Source: Azolla caroliniana
Taxonomy: Eukaryota; Plantae; Polypodiophyta
Length of the DNA stretch: 64,000 bases
Assembly: GCA_043228905.1 (NCBI GenBank)
Contig: JBHGNT010000013.1
Location: forward strand, 1,054,001-1,118,000
Direction of reading: 5' to 3'
Part shown: positions 60,909 to 64,000 of the stretch, one piece after another
Numbering within the stretch: position 1 is the stretch's first letter
How the letters are laid out: every line of letters begins with the position of its first letter
Program-made: the position numbers and the translations under genes
The notes under the pieces: model-generated
What the model saw: the letters and a program-made list of their open reading frames with translations, nothing else
Told to the model about the DNA's origin: nothing
The model's database searches: none

Positions 60909-62523
60909 CCAATTATATTAAATGATACTACACACACCAAGTTATCTAGGACAACTTGAATCGGCTCTAACTCTTCTACAATATTTCCGAAAGCAATGGG
61001 ACGACCATCAATAACTATTATAAATGTTGGGCAAGAAAGTTTGCTTAGGGATATCTGATGAGCTTGAGCAAGATTCCTATCCATGAAGCAAGAGTTGGCT
61101 CCAGAATCTTAGAGTGCTAAGACATGTACTGGAGGAGTACTATTAGTACTAAACATTACTTGAGCTAAGAACACATTGCTAACTTGCTTAGAGGGAATGG
61201 AACCACTAATGGGCTGCATAGATCTAGGGTTGTCCAAACAAACGACTCCTATTTTGGTTGGACTTAGTCGTTTAACTATTCTTCTAATTGACTAAGGACT
61301 TCAAATTTTTTTGACAGATTTGGGCTATTAGTACTATTAGAACAATAAGAAATTTCTAATTAAATAGACGTACAATATACTACTTGATTTACCTGTCTTC
61401 TTGGCCTATGTGGACAGTTTACTGCGATGTGCCGTGGCCCTATGCAATAGAGACATAATCGATTTGCTCAATGTCGTTGCTTTTCTTCTTCCGACAATGG
61501 ACCACGATGACGTGTGGTGTCGATTTCCATCGATGTTGGAGTATTTGCCAGAGATGTATTGTATGATTCCCTTGCAAATGGTTTTGCTGCGACTGAGGCA
61601 TATGTGGGCGACGACTTGGTCCTTGGCATTTGTAATTGGCGTTCCAAACGTCGCTCGAAAAGCCAATTGTCGCATCTTACCGCTCGACTGATTGCCTCTA
61701 TGAACGATTATGGTTCTTCAAGGAAAGTCACGAGTAAGTCTTTGACATCATTTCGTATGCCGTATCGAGATTGTTCCATTAATGCTTGATCATCCAAGGG
61801 GATATCAGAGGCGAGTAGACGGAAATCGGCAACGTACGCGGAGGCTGGATGATCACCTTGACGTAATCGTCAGATTTTGTTGATTGTCGTCCTTATGCTA
61901 TCACTATCTCCAAAACAATCTTATAAACTCCTCAAAATTATTTAGTAATGGAGATTCCTTTTCTAACAACGGAACGAACCATGCCAAAGCTTAGCCACTT
62001 AGCAACGTGCTTACTAGACCCACTCGTGATGCATCAGTGGGATATCGGGAAGGATGCATTTGAATGACTAATCGTAGCTGATTAAGGAATCCTCTGAACT
62101 GTGATCGCGTCCCATCAAATTTCATAGGAAGGGCGAACTTGGGTTCTTTATGAATCCCTTGTGTACTTGGACCTTGTTGTTGCAACGCTACAATGGTTGC
62201 TTCAAGTTGTTGCACGCGTAATGCTAGTTCCCCATGTTGTTGTTGCAATGCTGCTTTTCTAAGGAGATTTGTTGAAGATCCCCCAATATCCGTTGAATTT
62301 CTTGTTCCAATGCGAGAAACTTCTCTTTCAAGCATTGCAACTCTGAGAAAACAGATTGATATTCTTGAGCGCTAATAGTGGCCATAGTATTAGAGAAAGG
62401 AGGGATAAGTAAGAAGATAGAAGGACGGACAAAATCAGTTCAAACTGTCAGAAATAATACTTAGAATACAAAGAGGGAATTAGTACTAAAAGATGAGGAT
62501 GAGTACTAAGAGGGGTGTAGTAC

Positions 62524-62594
<71 letters not shown>

Positions 62595-62872
62595 ACAATG
62601 ATAACAAAAGATACATATTATATGAAGAGAATATATAGGAATAGCTAAGAGGTTTAAGACCGGCATTGAACCGATTTGGTTCTCAATAATGCCATGTGCC
62701 TCTTCTTATAGTGGCTTAGGAATACTCTTGAAATTTCTAAAATGTTCTAGAGAAATCTAGAATATACATGGATTTTTGAAGTGAAATAATAAATGGGAAA
62801 AGGTTTCAACCCATGTGACACAAGGTCATGGGTTCAAATCCTTTTGAAGCCATACCATGCTATATCATGACA

Positions 62873-63242
62873 CCGGCTGGTATCCACATGAGCTAACATG
62901 TCCAAATCACTAAGACCCTCTAACAGTGGCACATGTTCGAGATGTCTCTCAGGTACGAGTATCCACTTTACCAGAGCCCAATGCTCTTTGCCCGGATTGC
63001 TCATGAATTGACTGAGGACTCCGACCGCGTATTCGATGTACGATCTGGTACACACCATCAAGTACATCAGGCTTCTGACTGTTGAAGCATAGGGGACCTT
63101 GCTCATCTCAACCTTCTGCGTCTTCATTTTCGGACATTGTCTCCCATATAGTTTGTTGTTTGTCGGGAGTGTTGAGCCGACCAGTTTCGCGCTTTCCATG
63201 CTGAACCTCTGGAGCACCTTTGTCACATACTTCTCTTGTGAC
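62873..63242 (-). mobile_element. Copia RT/RNase H fragment, continuation of 47276-48250
   Basis: SQEKYVTKVLQRFSME..PYASTVRSLMYLMVCTR..NPGKEHW, colinear with Copia-C/D. Confidence 0.85.
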
Positions 63243-64000
63243 TGTTGGATATGAAGTTCGATATGTATGTGGAAGTATGTGAGGACCTGTAGATTATGTG
63301 CACAGAAAACAACACAGAGATTATGATAGAAGAAAGGATGGAAAGGTAGACACAATTCAAGCTCTAATGGAAGCTCTTGTTATTCTGTAACTCTTACACT
63401 CTCAGAGACTCAAGTCACAAGAAAGTCCTCATTACAATGTTAGGGTTGAGGTTATATACTCAAGCCCTACCTCAAGGACGTGTTCACACTTAGGATACAA
63501 AGTGGAAGGAGTCGGCCTTTTATGCCAACAAATTCCCCCGTAAAGGGACTACTCTTTCCTACATATACAAGTGATTTGGGGTTGTCTCCCCGGTAAACCT
63601 AGATTACAAAGTTAATTTAAATTTATGTTACAAGTCAGTCGGTCATATAACCTAGTCGGCAAAGGTTCGGCTGATTTGAGACGGTTGAATTGACTTGTTC
63701 GAATTGGTTCGTTTGTTGGAGTTGTCTTGTATTCAATTCTCGTTTTCGGCATTGTGTCGATTGTTTGTCATCTACTCGTCCTTGCTCCTGTGTTGTTTCT
63801 TCAGTCCCTTGTGTTTCCGAATCTGTGGACTTCGCTTCTTTGGTGAGTCTGTTCGGGTCGGTTTTCGACTTACCTTCTCCTCCTCGTTCGACTTTCTTCT
63901 GCTCGGTCACTTGTCGTAGTCCCATCTTTGTCCTTAGTGCTCCAAAGCATTGATCTGGGAGTGGCTTCGTCAGGCAATCAACGATGTTCACCACAGTGTT
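63243..64000 (-). mobile_element. 3' end of another nested copia element (RNase H end, spacer, PPT, 288-bp 3' LTR)
   Basis: LTR 63243-63530 (TGTTGG...CCAACA) next to a C-run PPT; NIVDCLTKPL..LRTKMGL at the window end. Confidence 0.78.

Larger units (their letters stand above)
48251..62872 (-). mobile_element. Tcn1-like Ty3/gypsy chromovirus with multiple nested insertions
   Basis: 5' LTR 62446-62872; 3' LTR 48251-53388, split by LINEs; TSD CCGAC/CCGGC (one mismatch). Fragments: gag 61991-62335 and beyond, protease near 60910-61120, RNase H 59654-60268 (EADASDF, YEIHDKELLAIV, DHKNL, KADALS), integrase and chromodomain 53400-55365. PPT next to 53388. Confidence 0.88.

Overview
Repeat-rich plant nuclear DNA. 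PLS-class PPR relics, Tcn1-like chromoviruses and two-ORF RTE-like LINEs suggest a seed-free vascular plant such as a fern (inference). A small gene island at about 33.9-45 kb holds a 12-exon RZFP34/CHYR1-like CHY-RING E3 ligase, two tandem copies of an atypical tRNA-Lys(CUU), RPL13 with a candidate intronic H/ACA snoRNA, and a PPR pseudogene. It lies between two nests of transposons. Left nest: a Ty3/gypsy element is interrupted by a Ty1/copia element (5265-21453), which itself carries two younger full-length copia elements (7928-13225, TSD CTACG; 15002-20548, TSD GGTAT). Right nest: a copia element is interrupted by a Tcn1-like chromovirus (48251-62872) that contains a LINE, solo LTRs, a hAT MITE and a decayed 25S rDNA fragment split by a 2.8-kb insert with a 76-bp duplication. 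Most notable observations: antisense tRNA-like Pol III cassettes in the U3 of several LTRs, a hammerhead-ribozyme-like core at 27.7 kb, the non-canonical tRNA-Lys, a capsid-domain swap between sister copia elements, strand-polarised LINE insertion into (GA)n/(CT)n, and a self-priming signature. All coordinates and alignments were read by eye; no database searches were run.
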